From Clostridiales bacterium (GTDB lineage Bacteria; Bacillota; Clostridia; Christensenellales; UBA1242), in assembly GCA_015055515.1 (NCBI GenBank), contig SVIC01000006.1:765-64764 (forward strand): a stretch of 64,000 nt of DNA. Reading direction: 5' to 3'. The translations under genes and the position numbers were made by a program. This document shows positions 1-9,445 of the stretch, piece after piece; positions within the stretch are counted from its first letter, which is position 1, and the number at the start of each line of letters is the position of its first letter. The notes under the pieces were generated by a model that ran no database searches, had not been told where the DNA came from, and saw only the letters and a list, made by a program, of their open reading frames with translations.

Positions 1-54
1 TGCAACAGTAACGCCAGCAGGAATATCAATTATTTTCTTACCAATTCTACTCAT
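1..54 (-). CDS. rplF: 50S ribosomal protein L6 (uL6), first 18 codons only; gene runs off the window start
   Basis: Reverse complement of 1-54 reads MSRIGKKIIDIPAGVTVA. GGAGG lies at 60-64. Position after rpsH is as in spc operons. Confidence 0.8.
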   Translation of the reverse strand, partial: MSRIGKKIIDIPAGVTVA

Positions 55-63
55 AATTTCCTC

Positions 64-462
64 CTACCATACATATGCCAAGACTTCGCCGCCGATATTT
101 GCATTACGAGCTTGCTTGTCTGTCATAAGTCCTTTACTTGTTGAAATAATAGCAATGCCTAGTCCATTGATTACTCTAGGTAGTTCTTCTACGCTAGCGT
201 ATATTCTAAGACCTGGCTTAGATATTCTCTTTAGTCCATTGATAACCTTTTCACCCTTTGGACCAAATTTGAAATCGATAACGATGTTAGATTGTACGCC
301 TTCACCTTCTACCTTATATGCCTCAATGAAGCCTTCATTTAGAAGTAATTCAGCAATAGCAACCTTTGTTTTTGAAGTGGGAACGGAAACACTTTTATGT
401 TTTGCGCTAAGAGCATTTCTCATTCTTGTAAGCATATCTGCTATTGGATCTGTAAAATACAT
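64..462 (-). CDS. rpsH: 30S ribosomal protein S8 (uS8)
   Basis: 132 aa, [17 protein letters not shown]... is a typical uS8 N-terminus; operon order fits. Confidence 0.97.
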   Translation of the reverse strand: MYFTDPIADMLTRMRNALSAKHKSVSVPTSKTKVAIAELLLNEGFIEAYKVEGEGVQSNIVIDFKFGPKGEKVINGLKRISKPGLRIYASVEELPRVINGLGIAIISTSKGLMTDKQARNANIGGEVLAYVW

Positions 463-477
463 AAACTTATCTCCTTT

Positions 478-663
478 TTACCAACTTGATTTCTTTACAC
501 CAGGAATTTCACCCTTGTATGCCAATTCTCTAAAACATACTCTGCAAATGCCGTACTTTCTAAGTACAGAATGTGGACGACCACAGATATTGCATCTAGT
601 GTATTCTCTTGTGCTATATTTTTGTTCTTTTTTCTGTTTTTCAATTAATGCTTTTCTTGCCAT
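478..663 (-). CDS. rpsZ: 30S ribosomal protein S14 type Z (zinc form)
   Basis: 61 aa with CNICGRP...CRVC (CxxC-x12-CxxC); lies between rplE and rpsH. Confidence 0.95.
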   Translation of the reverse strand: MARKALIEKQKKEQKYSTREYTRCNICGRPHSVLRKYGICRVCFRELAYKGEIPGVKKSSW

Positions 664-679
664 AAGTTATATTTTCCTC

Positions 680-1234
680 CTATCTCTTTCTGAAAGGCAA
701 ACCCATATACTCAAGTAATAGCTTTGCATCCTCATCATTTTTAGCTGTAGTAACTATAACAATGTCAAGACCTCTAATCTTATCAATCTTGTCGTAAGAG
801 ATCTCTGGGAAAACCAATTGTTCTTTTAGGCCAAGAGCATAGTTACCTCTACCATCAAATGCTTTGTCAGAGATTCCTTGGAAGTCTCTTACACGAGGTA
901 GAGCGATAGAAATAACTCTATCTAAGAATTCATACATTTTTGTGCCTCTAAGAGTAACCTTAGCACCGATCTTGTTACCTTGTCTTAATTTAAAGTTCGC
1001 AATAGACTTCTTAGCAGTTGTAACGATTGGCTTCTGACCAGTGATAACTGCTAACTCATCAACAGCCTTGTTAAAGCTCTGTGCATTGTCCTTGCAATCA
1101 CCTAGTCCACGGTTTACAACGATCTTCTCGATCTTTGGCACTTGATATACATTTGTATATCCTTTTGCTTTCATAATAGCAGGAACAACAACAGTGTTGT
1201 ATTTTTCTACTAATCTATTAACTTCTTTTGCCAT
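680..1234 (-). CDS. rplE: 50S ribosomal protein L5 (uL5)
   Basis: 184 aa with conserved uL5 sequence (..[13 protein letters not shown].., ..[16 protein letters not shown]..). Confidence 0.97.
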   Translation of the reverse strand: MAKEVNRLVEKYNTVVVPAIMKAKGYTNVYQVPKIEKIVVNRGLGDCKDNAQSFNKAVDELAVITGQKPIVTTAKKSIANFKLRQGNKIGAKVTLRGTKMYEFLDRVISIALPRVRDFQGISDKAFDGRGNYALGLKEQLVFPEISYDKIDKIRGLDIVIVTTAKNDEDAKLLLEYMGLPFRKR

Positions 1235-1246
1235 TTGTTATTCCTC

Positions 1247-1714
1247 CTATTCCTTATCACTTTTCTTTGTTGTAGTCTTCTTTGCTACAGTCTTCTTAGT
1301 TGTAGCAGACTCTTTTTTGTCTGCAGTCTTAGTTGCAGTTTTCTTAGTTGCAGTAGCTTTTGTTTCAGCCTTTGCAGTTTCTTTCTTTGCTGGCTTAACA
1401 GCATCTAATGATGCGCCACATTTCTTACAAGTTCTAACCTTCTTGTCGCCTTCTAGCTTATGAGCTACTCTTGTAGCCTTACCACATGTAGGACAAACGA
1501 TCTGAACGTTAGATGCATCGATCTTACCTTCACGCTTGATGATGCCACCCTTCTCACCGGCTTTTCTTGGTTTCTGGTGCTTAGATATCATATTAACACC
1601 AGCAACTACTACAGTGTTATCAGCAGGGTTAGCAGAAATGATATTACCAGTTTTTTGTTTATCTTTACCAGCGATAACTACTACATTATCACCTTTCTTA
1701 ACATGTAATGACAT
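1247..1714 (-). CDS. rplX: 50S ribosomal protein L24 (uL24) with CxxC..CxxC insert and long K/T/A-rich C-terminal tail
   Basis: KOW-type N-terminus HVKKGDNVVVIAGKDKQKTG. 155 aa, longer than the roughly 100-115 aa I expect for uL24. See finding. Confidence 0.9.
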   Translation of the reverse strand: MSLHVKKGDNVVVIAGKDKQKTGNIISANPADNTVVVAGVNMISKHQKPRKAGEKGGIIKREGKIDASNVQIVCPTCGKATRVAHKLEGDKKVRTCKKCGASLDAVKPAKKETAKAETKATATKKTATKTADKKESATTKKTVAKKTTTKKSDKE

Positions 1715-1731
1715 ATATTTTTACCATCCTT

Positions 1732-2100
1732 TTATAACACTTCTGGAGCCAATGAAATTATTTTCATAAAGCCTTTGTCTCTTAATTCTCTTGCGATAGG
1801 TCCAAAGATACGAGTTCCCTTTGGCATCTTTTGGTTATCGATAATAACTGCTGCATTGTCATCGAACTTGATATATGAACCATCTGGTCTAGATATACCC
1901 TTATTAGTTCTAACGATAACAGCCTTTACAACGTCGCCTTTTTTAACAGCGCCACCTGGAGTAGCAGATTTAACAGATGCAATAATAATGTCGCCAATAT
2001 TACCACTTCTTCTAAATGAACCACCCAAAATTCTAATACACATTATTTTCTTAGCTCCGCTATTGTCGGCAACTTTAAGTATTGTTTGAGGTTGTACCAT
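1732..2100 (-). CDS. rplN: 50S ribosomal protein L14 (uL14)
   Basis: 122 aa, [27 protein letters not shown].. is a canonical uL14 sequence. Confidence 0.97.
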   Translation of the reverse strand: MVQPQTILKVADNSGAKKIMCIRILGGSFRRSGNIGDIIIASVKSATPGGAVKKGDVVKAVIVRTNKGISRPDGSYIKFDDNAAVIIDNQKMPKGTRIFGPIARELRDKGFMKIISLAPEVL

Positions 2101-2113
2101 AATCCTTTACTCC

Positions 2114-2380
2114 TTATTTTGCTCTTTCTATTATTCTTACAAGTCTGAAATACTTGTCTTTGCTAAGTGGTCTTGTTTCCATAATCTCTACAGTATCGCC
2201 GATATTGCACTCATTCTTCTCATCATGAGCCTTGAACTTCTTAGTAGATTTATATACTTTGCTATACAAAGGATGTCTTTTGTTAGAAACTACTGATACT
2301 GTAATAGTCTTGTCCATCTTATTACTAGTAACAACACCGATCTTAGTTCTTCTTAAATTTCTTTCTGTATTATTTTCCAT
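2114..2380 (-). CDS. rpsQ: 30S ribosomal protein S17 (uS17)
   Basis: 88 aa, ..[21 protein letters not shown]...HPLYSK..; operon position fits. Confidence 0.95.
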   Translation of the reverse strand: MENNTERNLRRTKIGVVTSNKMDKTITVSVVSNKRHPLYSKVYKSTKKFKAHDEKNECNIGDTVEIMETRPLSKDKYFRLVRIIERAK

Positions 2381-2397
2381 AAACTTTCCCCCAGCTA

Positions 2398-2604
2398 CTA
2401 AGCATTAACCTTTTTATTTAGTTCTCTCTCAGTTAATACTGTCTTAACTTTTGCAATGTCTTTCTTGCAGGCATTTATCTGCATTGGGTTTGTTAATTGT
2501 CCAGTTGCATTTGAGAAACGAAGATTGAATAATTCTTGCTTAAGTTCTTTAAGCTTCTTATTTAGCTCTTCGTTTGTCATTTCTCTAAATTCTTTAGCTT
2601 TCAT
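2398..2604 (-). CDS. rpmC: 50S ribosomal protein L29 (uL29)
   Basis: 68 aa, [30 protein letters not shown].. is typical uL29. Confidence 0.93.
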   Translation of the reverse strand: MKAKEFREMTNEELNKKLKELKQELFNLRFSNATGQLTNPMQINACKKDIAKVKTVLTERELNKKVNA

Positions 2605-3041
2605 TAAACAATACCACCTTCTTGTTTTTCTTCGTCCTTCTTAACAAACTTAGTCTTGATAGGCAACTTGTATGCAGCAAGTCTCATAGCCTCTCTAGCT
2701 TGTTCCTCAGTAACTCCACCAAGCTCGAATAGAACTCTACCTGGCTTAATTGTTACTACCCAGTACTCAGGACTACCTTTACCTTTACCCATACGAGTAT
2801 CAGCAGGTCTCTTTGTTACTGGCTTGTTAGGGAAGATATTGATCCATACTTTACCACCACGCTTAGTGTATCTATTAATAGCTACACGGGCAGCCTCTAC
2901 CTGGTTAGTTGTTAACCAACATGGCTCAAGTGCAACTAGACCATACTCGCCGTATGCAATCTTGTTACCTCTAGTAGCCTTACCAGTCAATCTTCCTCTA
3001 AATTGCTTTCTTCTTTTAATTCTTCTAGGCATTAATAACAT
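2604..3041 (-). CDS. rplP: 50S ribosomal protein L16 (uL16)
   Basis: 145 aa, [26 protein letters not shown]..; overlaps the rpmC start by 1 nt. Confidence 0.97.
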   Translation of the reverse strand: MLLMPRRIKRRKQFRGRLTGKATRGNKIAYGEYGLVALEPCWLTTNQVEAARVAINRYTKRGGKVWINIFPNKPVTKRPADTRMGKGKGSPEYWVVTIKPGRVLFELGGVTEEQAREAMRLAAYKLPIKTKFVKKDEEKQEGGIV

Positions 3042-3724
3042 TATTCTTGTCCTCCTTCACTAGTAGTGTTTTCTTGAGGTGCAACAACTTTTCTTGTTAA
3101 AATCTCGCCTTTGCAAATCCATACTTTAACACCGATAACACCAAATGTTGTGTGTGCTTCGCAAGTAGCATAATCGATATCAGCTCTCAAAGTATGTAGA
3201 GGTAGTCTACCTTCATGATAATGCTCGCTTCTAGCAATTTCAGCACCATCTAATCTACCGCTTACCATAACTTTGCAACCCTTAGCACCTGCTCTCATAA
3301 CTCTTTGCATAGCCATCTTCATAGCACGTCTGAAGCTCATTCTCTTCTCTAATTGTTGAGCAACACTTTGCGCAACGATTTGTGCATCCAAGTCTGGTCT
3401 CTTAACTTCTTTGATATTGATATTAACAGCTTTGCCATTAACTAATTTAGCAATATCAGCTTTTAATTCTTCTACACCTGCGCCCTTAGTACCGATGATA
3501 ACACCTGGTCTAGCTGTGTAAATGTCGATATTGATCTTGTTAGCAGTTCTATCGATTTGAATCTTAGCAACAGAAGATTGTGCATGCTTCTTCTCGATAT
3601 ACTTTCTGATCTTATTGTCTTCTAATAGATATTCGGAGAATTCTTTTTTGTTAGCGAACCAAGAAGAGCTCCAATCTTTATTAACACCAACTCTAAGTCC
3701 GTGTGGATTAACTTTTTGTCCCAT
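3041..3724 (-). CDS. rpsC: 30S ribosomal protein S3 (uS3)
   Basis: 227 aa, [24 protein letters not shown].. is canonical uS3. Confidence 0.97.
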   Translation of the reverse strand: MGQKVNPHGLRVGVNKDWSSSWFANKKEFSEYLLEDNKIRKYIEKKHAQSSVAKIQIDRTANKINIDIYTARPGVIIGTKGAGVEELKADIAKLVNGKAVNINIKEVKRPDLDAQIVAQSVAQQLEKRMSFRRAMKMAMQRVMRAGAKGCKVMVSGRLDGAEIARSEHYHEGRLPLHTLRADIDYATCEAHTTFGVIGVKVWICKGEILTRKVVAPQENTTSEGGQE

Positions 3725-3742
3725 TACTTAAAAATCCTCCTT

Positions 3743-4135
3743 TTAGTTTTTAGCAGAACTGTCTAATATTATAGTTATGTGACAAGTTCTCTTAATGATA
3801 GTATCAACACCGCCTCTACCTCTGAAAGACACTCTCTTGAAAGATGGTCCTTGGTTAGCATAAGCTTCTGATACGAATAATAAATCTCTACTCAAACCTT
3901 TGTTAGCTTCTGCATTAGCACCAGCTGATACTAATACTTTCTTAACAACTAAGCTAGCAGTGCTAGGAGTTGTGTCCAAAATTGCACAAGCTTCTACGAA
4001 AGATTTGCCTTTGATTAGGTCTAGAACTCTTTTTGCCTTAGAAGATGCCATTCTGATGTATCTTGCAGTAGCAAATGGTCTAGTATCTTTATTTTCTCTT
4101 CTCTTAGCAGTTTTTTCTCTTAATCTCTTTGCCAT
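3743..4135 (-). CDS. rplV: 50S ribosomal protein L22 (uL22)
   Basis: 130 aa, ..ATARYIRMASSKAKRVLDLIKGK..; operon position fits. Confidence 0.95.
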   Translation of the reverse strand: MAKRLREKTAKRRENKDTRPFATARYIRMASSKAKRVLDLIKGKSFVEACAILDTTPSTASLVVKKVLVSAGANAEANKGLSRDLLFVSEAYANQGPSFKRVSFRGRGGVDTIIKRTCHITIILDSSAKN

Positions 4136-4150
4136 TTCGATAATCTCCTA

Positions 4151-4432
4151 TTATTTCTTGCCCTTAGTTTTTTTGTCAGCACCATGGCCTCTGAAAGTTC
4201 TAGTAGGAGCAAATTCACCAAGTTTGTGACCAATCATATCGATTGTACAATATACAGGAATGTGCTTCATACCATTATGAACAGCTATAGTGTGACCTAC
4301 GAATTCTGGATAAATAGTAGATGACCTACTCCAAGTCTTTAGAACTTGTTTCTTGCCTTCTTCATTTAACTTTAGAACTCTTTGCATAAGCCTTTGTTCT
4401 ACATAAGGTTTCTTCTTCAAACTTCTACTCAT
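4151..4432 (-). CDS. rpsS: 30S ribosomal protein S19 (uS19)
   Basis: 93 aa, [15 protein letters not shown]...[10 protein letters not shown]...[16 protein letters not shown]. Confidence 0.97.
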   Translation of the reverse strand: MSRSLKKKPYVEQRLMQRVLKLNEEGKKQVLKTWSRSSTIYPEFVGHTIAVHNGMKHIPVYCTIDMIGHKLGEFAPTRTFRGHGADKKTKGKK

Positions 4433-4441
4433 GATTCACTC

Positions 4442-5269
4442 CTACTTAGCACGGCTAACAATAAGTTTATTGCTATGCTTCTTAGTATTTCTAGTCTTCT
4501 TACCCAATGCAGGTTTGCCCCATGGAGTAAGAGGTGATTTTCTACCCACTGGGCTCTTACCTTCACCACCACCGTGAGGGTGATCGTTAGGGTTCATTAC
4601 ACTACCTCTTACAGTAGGTCTAACACCCATGTGTCTTACTCTACCAGCCTTACCTAGAGACACGATCTCGTGCTCGTTGTTGCCTACTGTACCAATAGTA
4701 GCACGGCAATTAGCTAGTACCTTTCTTGTCTCTCCACTAGGAAGTTTAATAGTTGCATATCTGCCCTCTTTAGCCATAAGTCTAGCTTCCATTCCAGCAG
4801 ATCTAACGATTTGTGCTCCCTTACCTGGAGTAAGTTCTATATTATGGATAACTGCACCAACTGGCATATCCTTTAATTCTAAGCAGTTACCTACCTTAAT
4901 CTCTGCAGTAGCACCGCTCATAACTGTGTCGCCAACATTTAATCCCTTTGGCGCAATGATGTAACTCTTTACACCATCAGCATACATAATAAGTGCAATA
5001 TATGCTGATCTGTTAGGATCGTACTCAATACCTACAACTTTTGCAGGGATACCATCCTTAACTCTCTTGAAATCAATAATTCTGTATTTAACTCTGTTGC
5101 CACCACCAATGTGTCTAACAGTGATTCTACCTTGATTGTTTCTACCAGCACTCTTCTTTTTTGGAGCAAGAAGAGATTTCTCTGGTTCGAACTTAGTTAC
5201 TTCGTCAAATGATGCTGTAGTATAGAATCTTCTACCAGCTGACGTAGGTTTGTATGTCTTAATAGCCAT
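4442..5269 (-). CDS. rplB: 50S ribosomal protein L2 (uL2)
   Basis: 275 aa, [14 protein letters not shown]... and ..[21 protein letters not shown].. Confidence 0.98.
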   Translation of the reverse strand: MAIKTYKPTSAGRRFYTTASFDEVTKFEPEKSLLAPKKKSAGRNNQGRITVRHIGGGNRVKYRIIDFKRVKDGIPAKVVGIEYDPNRSAYIALIMYADGVKSYIIAPKGLNVGDTVMSGATAEIKVGNCLELKDMPVGAVIHNIELTPGKGAQIVRSAGMEARLMAKEGRYATIKLPSGETRKVLANCRATIGTVGNNEHEIVSLGKAGRVRHMGVRPTVRGSVMNPNDHPHGGGEGKSPVGRKSPLTPWGKPALGKKTRNTKKHSNKLIVSRAK

Positions 5270-5290
5270 GTCAATTACTCCTCCTTACCC

Positions 5291-5581
5291 TTATGATAGA
5301 CTCTCAAAGAACTCTATAGCCTTGCTGTCTTTCTTTAGTTGTACATATGCTTTCTTGTAATCGGATGTATAACCTTGAGTTCTTCCTTGTCTCTTTAATT
5401 TTCCATTGATATTTGCAATATTTACTGATTCAACCTTAACACCAAATATCTCTTCTACTGCTTGTCTAACTTCTACCTTGTTAGTGTTCTTAGCCACTAA
5501 GAAAGTGTACTTCTTGTTAGCGATATCTACATAACTTTTCTCTGTTAAGATTGGTTTAATAATAACGTCGTAAGCTTTCAT
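5291..5581 (-). CDS. rplW: 50S ribosomal protein L23 (uL23)
   Basis: 96 aa, MKAYDVIIKPILTEKS.. is typical uL23. Confidence 0.93.
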   Translation of the reverse strand: MKAYDVIIKPILTEKSYVDIANKKYTFLVAKNTNKVEVRQAVEEIFGVKVESVNIANINGKLKRQGRTQGYTSDYKKAYVQLKKDSKAIEFFESLS

Positions 5582-6210
5582 TATTTAACATAAGCCTCCT
5601 GTATTTGTTGTATAGCATCAACTGTAAGAACTAACTTATCACAACATACAATGTCATATACATTCAAAATGTTTGCTGTTGTAACATCTACGTTCTCTAG
5701 GTTGCCAGAAGCTTTGATTAGGTTATCATTGATATCCTTTGTAACAAAGATAACTGTCTTGTCCAACTTAAGATTAGCTAGAACCTCAACTAATGTCTTA
5801 GTCTTGTAATCTTTTAAGTTAAGATTATCTAAGATAACCAATTCTTTTTCTTTCAACTTAGTACTGATAGCACTAATGAATGCAGCCTTCTTAGCTTCTT
5901 TATTTACTTTCTTAGAGAAATCTCTTGGCTTTGGAGCAAATACTATGCCACCGCCTCTCCATTGTGGACCCTTAGTTGAGCCTTGTCTAGCTCTACCAGT
6001 TCCCTTCTGTCTCCAAGGCTTCTTAGCATGGCCTCTAACCTCAGAACGAGTTAAAGCGCTTTTTGTACCTTGTCTATTGTTTGCTAAATAAGCAACTACT
6101 ACTTGGTGAATTAATGCTTCGTTATATTCTGCACCGAACACTTCTTTCTTCAAAGAAATGGTAGAACCGCTATCTTCACCTAGCATATTGTATATCTTTA
6201 CACTTGCCAT
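5581..6210 (-). CDS. rplD: 50S ribosomal protein L4 (uL4)
   Basis: 209 aa, ..RGHAKKPWRQKGTGRARQGSTKGPQWRGGG.. Confidence 0.95.
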   Translation of the reverse strand: MASVKIYNMLGEDSGSTISLKKEVFGAEYNEALIHQVVVAYLANNRQGTKSALTRSEVRGHAKKPWRQKGTGRARQGSTKGPQWRGGGIVFAPKPRDFSKKVNKEAKKAAFISAISTKLKEKELVILDNLNLKDYKTKTLVEVLANLKLDKTVIFVTKDINDNLIKASGNLENVDVTTANILNVYDIVCCDKLVLTVDAIQQIQEAYVK

Positions 6211-6224
6211 TGCTTAACTCCTCC

Positions 6225-6857
6225 TTAATTGTTTACCTTTACAGCATTTTTGATTGATACTAGGCTACCCTTCGCACCAGGAATTGCACCTTTGATCAAC
6301 AATATATTTCTATCAGCATCCACTTTTACAACCTTCAAGTTCTGGATAGTAACTTTTTCGTTACCCCATCTACCTGCCATTTTCTTTCCCTTAAATACTT
6401 TTGCTGGGAATGTATTAGCACCAATAGAACCAACGTGTCTATGAACTGGACCATTACCGTGAGTCATTCTATGTCTCTGGAAGTTCCACTTCTTAATAGT
6501 ACCAGTATAACCATGACCCTTAGATGTACCAGTAACATCAACCATGTCACCCTCTTCGAAGACTGTGCAGTTGATCTCATCACCAAGGTTATATGTACCA
6601 TCTAGCTTAAATTCTTTCAAATACTTCTTAGCTGATACATTTGCTTTTTGGAATTGTCCCATAAGAGGTTTTGCTACTGCATTCTCTTTAACATCACCAT
6701 AAGCTAATTGTACAGCATCATATCCATCATTCGCTACTGTCTTAACTTGAGTAACGAAACAAGGACCAGCCTCAACTACTGTAACAGGAACTACTAAGCC
6801 ATCACTGCCAAATATTTGAGTCATACCAAGTTTTTTACCTAAAATTGCTTTCTTCAT
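6225..6857 (-). CDS. rplC: 50S ribosomal protein L3 (uL3)
   Basis: 210 aa, MKKAILGKKLGMTQIF...GTSKGHGYTGTIKKWNF.. Confidence 0.97.
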   Translation of the reverse strand: MKKAILGKKLGMTQIFGSDGLVVPVTVVEAGPCFVTQVKTVANDGYDAVQLAYGDVKENAVAKPLMGQFQKANVSAKKYLKEFKLDGTYNLGDEINCTVFEEGDMVDVTGTSKGHGYTGTIKKWNFQRHRMTHGNGPVHRHVGSIGANTFPAKVFKGKKMAGRWGNEKVTIQNLKVVKVDADRNILLIKGAIPGAKGSLVSIKNAVKVNN

Positions 6858-6881
6858 AATATCATTATCCTCCTACAATAA

Positions 6882-7190
6882 TTAAAGTTTGATATTGATA
6901 TCTACACCTGCTGGCAAATCCAACTTCATCAAAGCATCAACAGCCTTGGCATTTGGACTATAAATATCAATTATCCTTTTGTGTGTTCTCATTTCGAATT
7001 GTTCACGACTATCCTTGTACTTATGTGGTGAACGAATAATTGTTACTACCTCTCTCTCTGTTGGTAGTGGAATTGGACCACTAATCTTAGCACCAAATCT
7101 TAATGCAGTGTCTGCAATTCTCTTGCTAGCTACATCAATTAGGCTGTGGTCGAATGATTTTAATCTTACTCTAATTTTTTGTGTTGCCAT
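6882..7190 (-). CDS. rpsJ: 30S ribosomal protein S10 (uS10), first gene of the S10 operon
   Basis: 102 aa, [19 protein letters not shown]...SGPIPLPTE.. Confidence 0.97.
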   Translation of the reverse strand: MATQKIRVRLKSFDHSLIDVASKRIADTALRFGAKISGPIPLPTEREVVTIIRSPHKYKDSREQFEMRTHKRIIDIYSPNAKAVDALMKLDLPAGVDINIKL

Positions 7191-7600
7191 TAATTTTTGT
7201 CTCCTTGTAATCTTGTTTTCTAAATTAAAAATTAATTTACCTAAATTCGCTCAAATGTTTTACTAAATATAATATTAAAACACTGCTCCGGGTGTATCAA
7301 AGTAATGTCTTAAAAAAATTGCTGTAAGATATTCATTTTTGTAAAACCGAATTTAGTCGTCTGCAATCTAGTGCAAACCCTTATAACCTCGCTTCAAACT
7401 ATCTTATTTTTTGGCATAAATAAGTAACCTTGTAGCAAAGACCACATTATACAGCTCAATTAGTTTATCTAATTTTTTGTCTAATGTCAATGGTTTTTCA
7501 AAAGTTTTTGTCAAAATATTAAACTTTTTTATTTTGATTGTTCTTTGATTTCCTATAGCAAATCTTGCATTTATTTCTAATTAAAGAAATTACCTTAATT

Positions 7601-7629
7601 ATTATATATTATATTAATATAGATGTCAA
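7601..7629 (-). promoter_or_regulatory. Candidate sigma-A promoter for the S10 operon (TTGACA-17 nt-TATAAT)
   Basis: Reverse complement reads ttgaca tctatattaatataata tataat (-35 at 7624-7629, -10 at 7601-7606). It lies just downstream of the preceding terminator. AT-rich context makes chance matches possible. Confidence 0.4.
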
Positions 7630-7641
7630 TACCAAATTTTG

Positions 7642-7673
7642 AAAAAGAAAAAAGATTGGATTATCCAACCTTT
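7642..7673 (-). terminator. Intrinsic terminator after the membrane-protein gene
   Basis: Minus strand reads aaaggttgga-taa-tccaatcttt followed by a T-run, immediately after the stop at 7674-7676. Confidence 0.55.
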
Positions 7674-8297
7674 TTACATTTCAGAACTATTATCATTCTC
7701 AAAATAACTGTCAAAATTTGGCTCTACAGAATTATTTTCACTAGAAAATTTGTCAGATTTTGAATTTTTTGGTTGCTTTTCCTTCTTCTTTTCGGTACTT
7801 CTCTTATATTCCCTATCTACAGCTTTGCAAGACAACCATGAACCAGCTGCAATCATACCCACAGAACCCAATAATTCAAAAATTTCGTTCTTACACTTAT
7901 CATAATACTCATCAAGTGCTTCTTCATATCTGGGATTTATATAAGTTTGCACAAAAGTCAACTCCTCTTCTGGCAAATACTTATCCATATTATCTAACAA
8001 ATACTCCTCGTCAGACAATTTTACATATTCTTTCTCATATTCTTTTCCAGAGATTTCTCCACTTGACAACCTTGCCTGCAAATCTTTCTCTTGTTGCGCC
8101 TTAAAAGCATAACAACTAGCGCTAGTCAAGATATTTGTATCTGTTTCATATTTACTCTTTGCTGGAAGACTAGCGTCAAAATCGTCACTCAAAACTGACA
8201 CCGTCTTAACAGTGCCTGCTGTAAATAAAACCAAACCTGCTAAATATAGTGCACCTATTGTTCTCTTTATCCTATCTGTACCTTTTCTATTTATCAT
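7674..8297 (-). CDS. Hypothetical membrane protein (two predicted TM helices, acidic/Ser-rich tail)
   Basis: Start moved to internal Met (MINRKGTDR..) because GAGGAAGGG sits 6 nt upstream. Hydrophobic segments are IGALYLAGLVLFTAGTV and LLGSVGMIAAGSWL. No recognisable family. Confidence 0.5.
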   Translation of the reverse strand: MINRKGTDRIKRTIGALYLAGLVLFTAGTVKTVSVLSDDFDASLPAKSKYETDTNILTSASCYAFKAQQEKDLQARLSSGEISGKEYEKEYVKLSDEEYLLDNMDKYLPEEELTFVQTYINPRYEEALDEYYDKCKNEIFELLGSVGMIAAGSWLSCKAVDREYKRSTEKKKEKQPKNSKSDKFSSENNSVEPNFDSYFENDNSSEM

Positions 8298-8475
8298 AAT
8301 TTTCCCTTCCTCATATTTATATGTATAGGTATTATATATCACATATGTATCATTGTCAATACCCGATTTTTTCACTAACATAATAAAAAATCCATCAAAA
8401 CACATCTCCTTACCCGTGTGTTTCAAAAAAAAGACAGACAATGCAACCTTGTCTGCCCCAATACAACAAACCATT

Positions 8476-9441
8476 TTATTTTAATATCTCTAGCACCAAC
8501 ATATCTACTGCATTGATAGGTGTAATTTGGCTAGTTTTTACTTGATACTCCAATTTTGTACACATATCATTGATTTCTTTTAATTTCTTTGGCTTAAAGC
8601 TACGAGACTGCTCTATACATTTCTTTACTGGATATTCTTTTATTCCAAATAGATCAGCATACTCTGCAATACTTAATTTTGTAATAGATACATGTAGTAG
8701 CCTTCTGAAATGTGTATATATAAGACCGATTAACCCCATATATCCGTTCTTTTTATGCTTAAGATCTGTCAATATTTCGTACACTTTTGCAACATTTTTC
8801 TTTGCCAAGGCCTCTGTCAGTTCATATATCTTATAATCCAAAGTCTTGGTCACAATAGCATCAACATCTTTGACGGTTATATCCCCTTGTGAATAGTTTG
8901 CCAATTTATTAATCTCATTCATACATGTTGCAAGATCGGAATTAGTGTATTCCAATAGATTATTTATTGCATCGCTTGCTATATTTTTTCCATATTTTTT
9001 AGCCTCAATAGCCAGCAACTTAATCGCAACCTCTCTTGAGATAGAGTTGCAGTCAACATCTTCGAAGATCGATGTATTAACACCTTTCAGTGCATCTGCA
9101 TTGTCGGCAACCCTAATTACTAATACATTATAAAATTCTTTTTCAGACAAATACTCTTTTAGCAGATCAATATTCTTTACCTTTACATACTTACTACTAA
9201 GATCCACATACACAACCTTGCTATCCGAAAACACTGCTGGTGTATTAAGCGAAGATACTACCAAATTAAAATCAATCTCCACATCCTTGAACTTAATTTC
9301 ATTTAATTCTGGCATTTCTATATGTAGACTTTCGTATATAAGCCTATATGCATTATCCAGCAAAAACATATCTTTGCCCTCTAGCAAATAATTATAAGAT
9401 TTACTATTAACCAAACTCTTTTTCAATTCTTCAAATTTCAT
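8476..9441 (-). CDS. holA: DNA polymerase III delta subunit (HolA-like)
   Basis: 321 aa directly downstream of comEC, as in the Bacillus comEC-holA arrangement. Sequence resemblance judged by eye is only moderate. Confidence 0.7.
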   Translation of the reverse strand: MKFEELKKSLVNSKSYNYLLEGKDMFLLDNAYRLIYESLHIEMPELNEIKFKDVEIDFNLVVSSLNTPAVFSDSKVVYVDLSSKYVKVKNIDLLKEYLSEKEFYNVLVIRVADNADALKGVNTSIFEDVDCNSISREVAIKLLAIEAKKYGKNIASDAINNLLEYTNSDLATCMNEINKLANYSQGDITVKDVDAIVTKTLDYKIYELTEALAKKNVAKVYEILTDLKHKKNGYMGLIGLIYTHFRRLLHVSITKLSIAEYADLFGIKEYPVKKCIEQSRSFKPKKLKEINDMCTKLEYQVKTSQITPINAVDMLVLEILK

Positions 9442-9445
9442 ACAC

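Noticed and set aside
116-7266. Many 60-200-aa plus-strand ORFs in the track (e.g. 116-718, 1194-1463, 2656-3063, 4629-4964)
   Set aside because: All lie antisense to strongly conserved ribosomal protein genes and have low-complexity hydrophobic translations. They are mirror-frame artefacts of AT-rich coding sequence. The same applies to most other short overlapping ORFs across the window.
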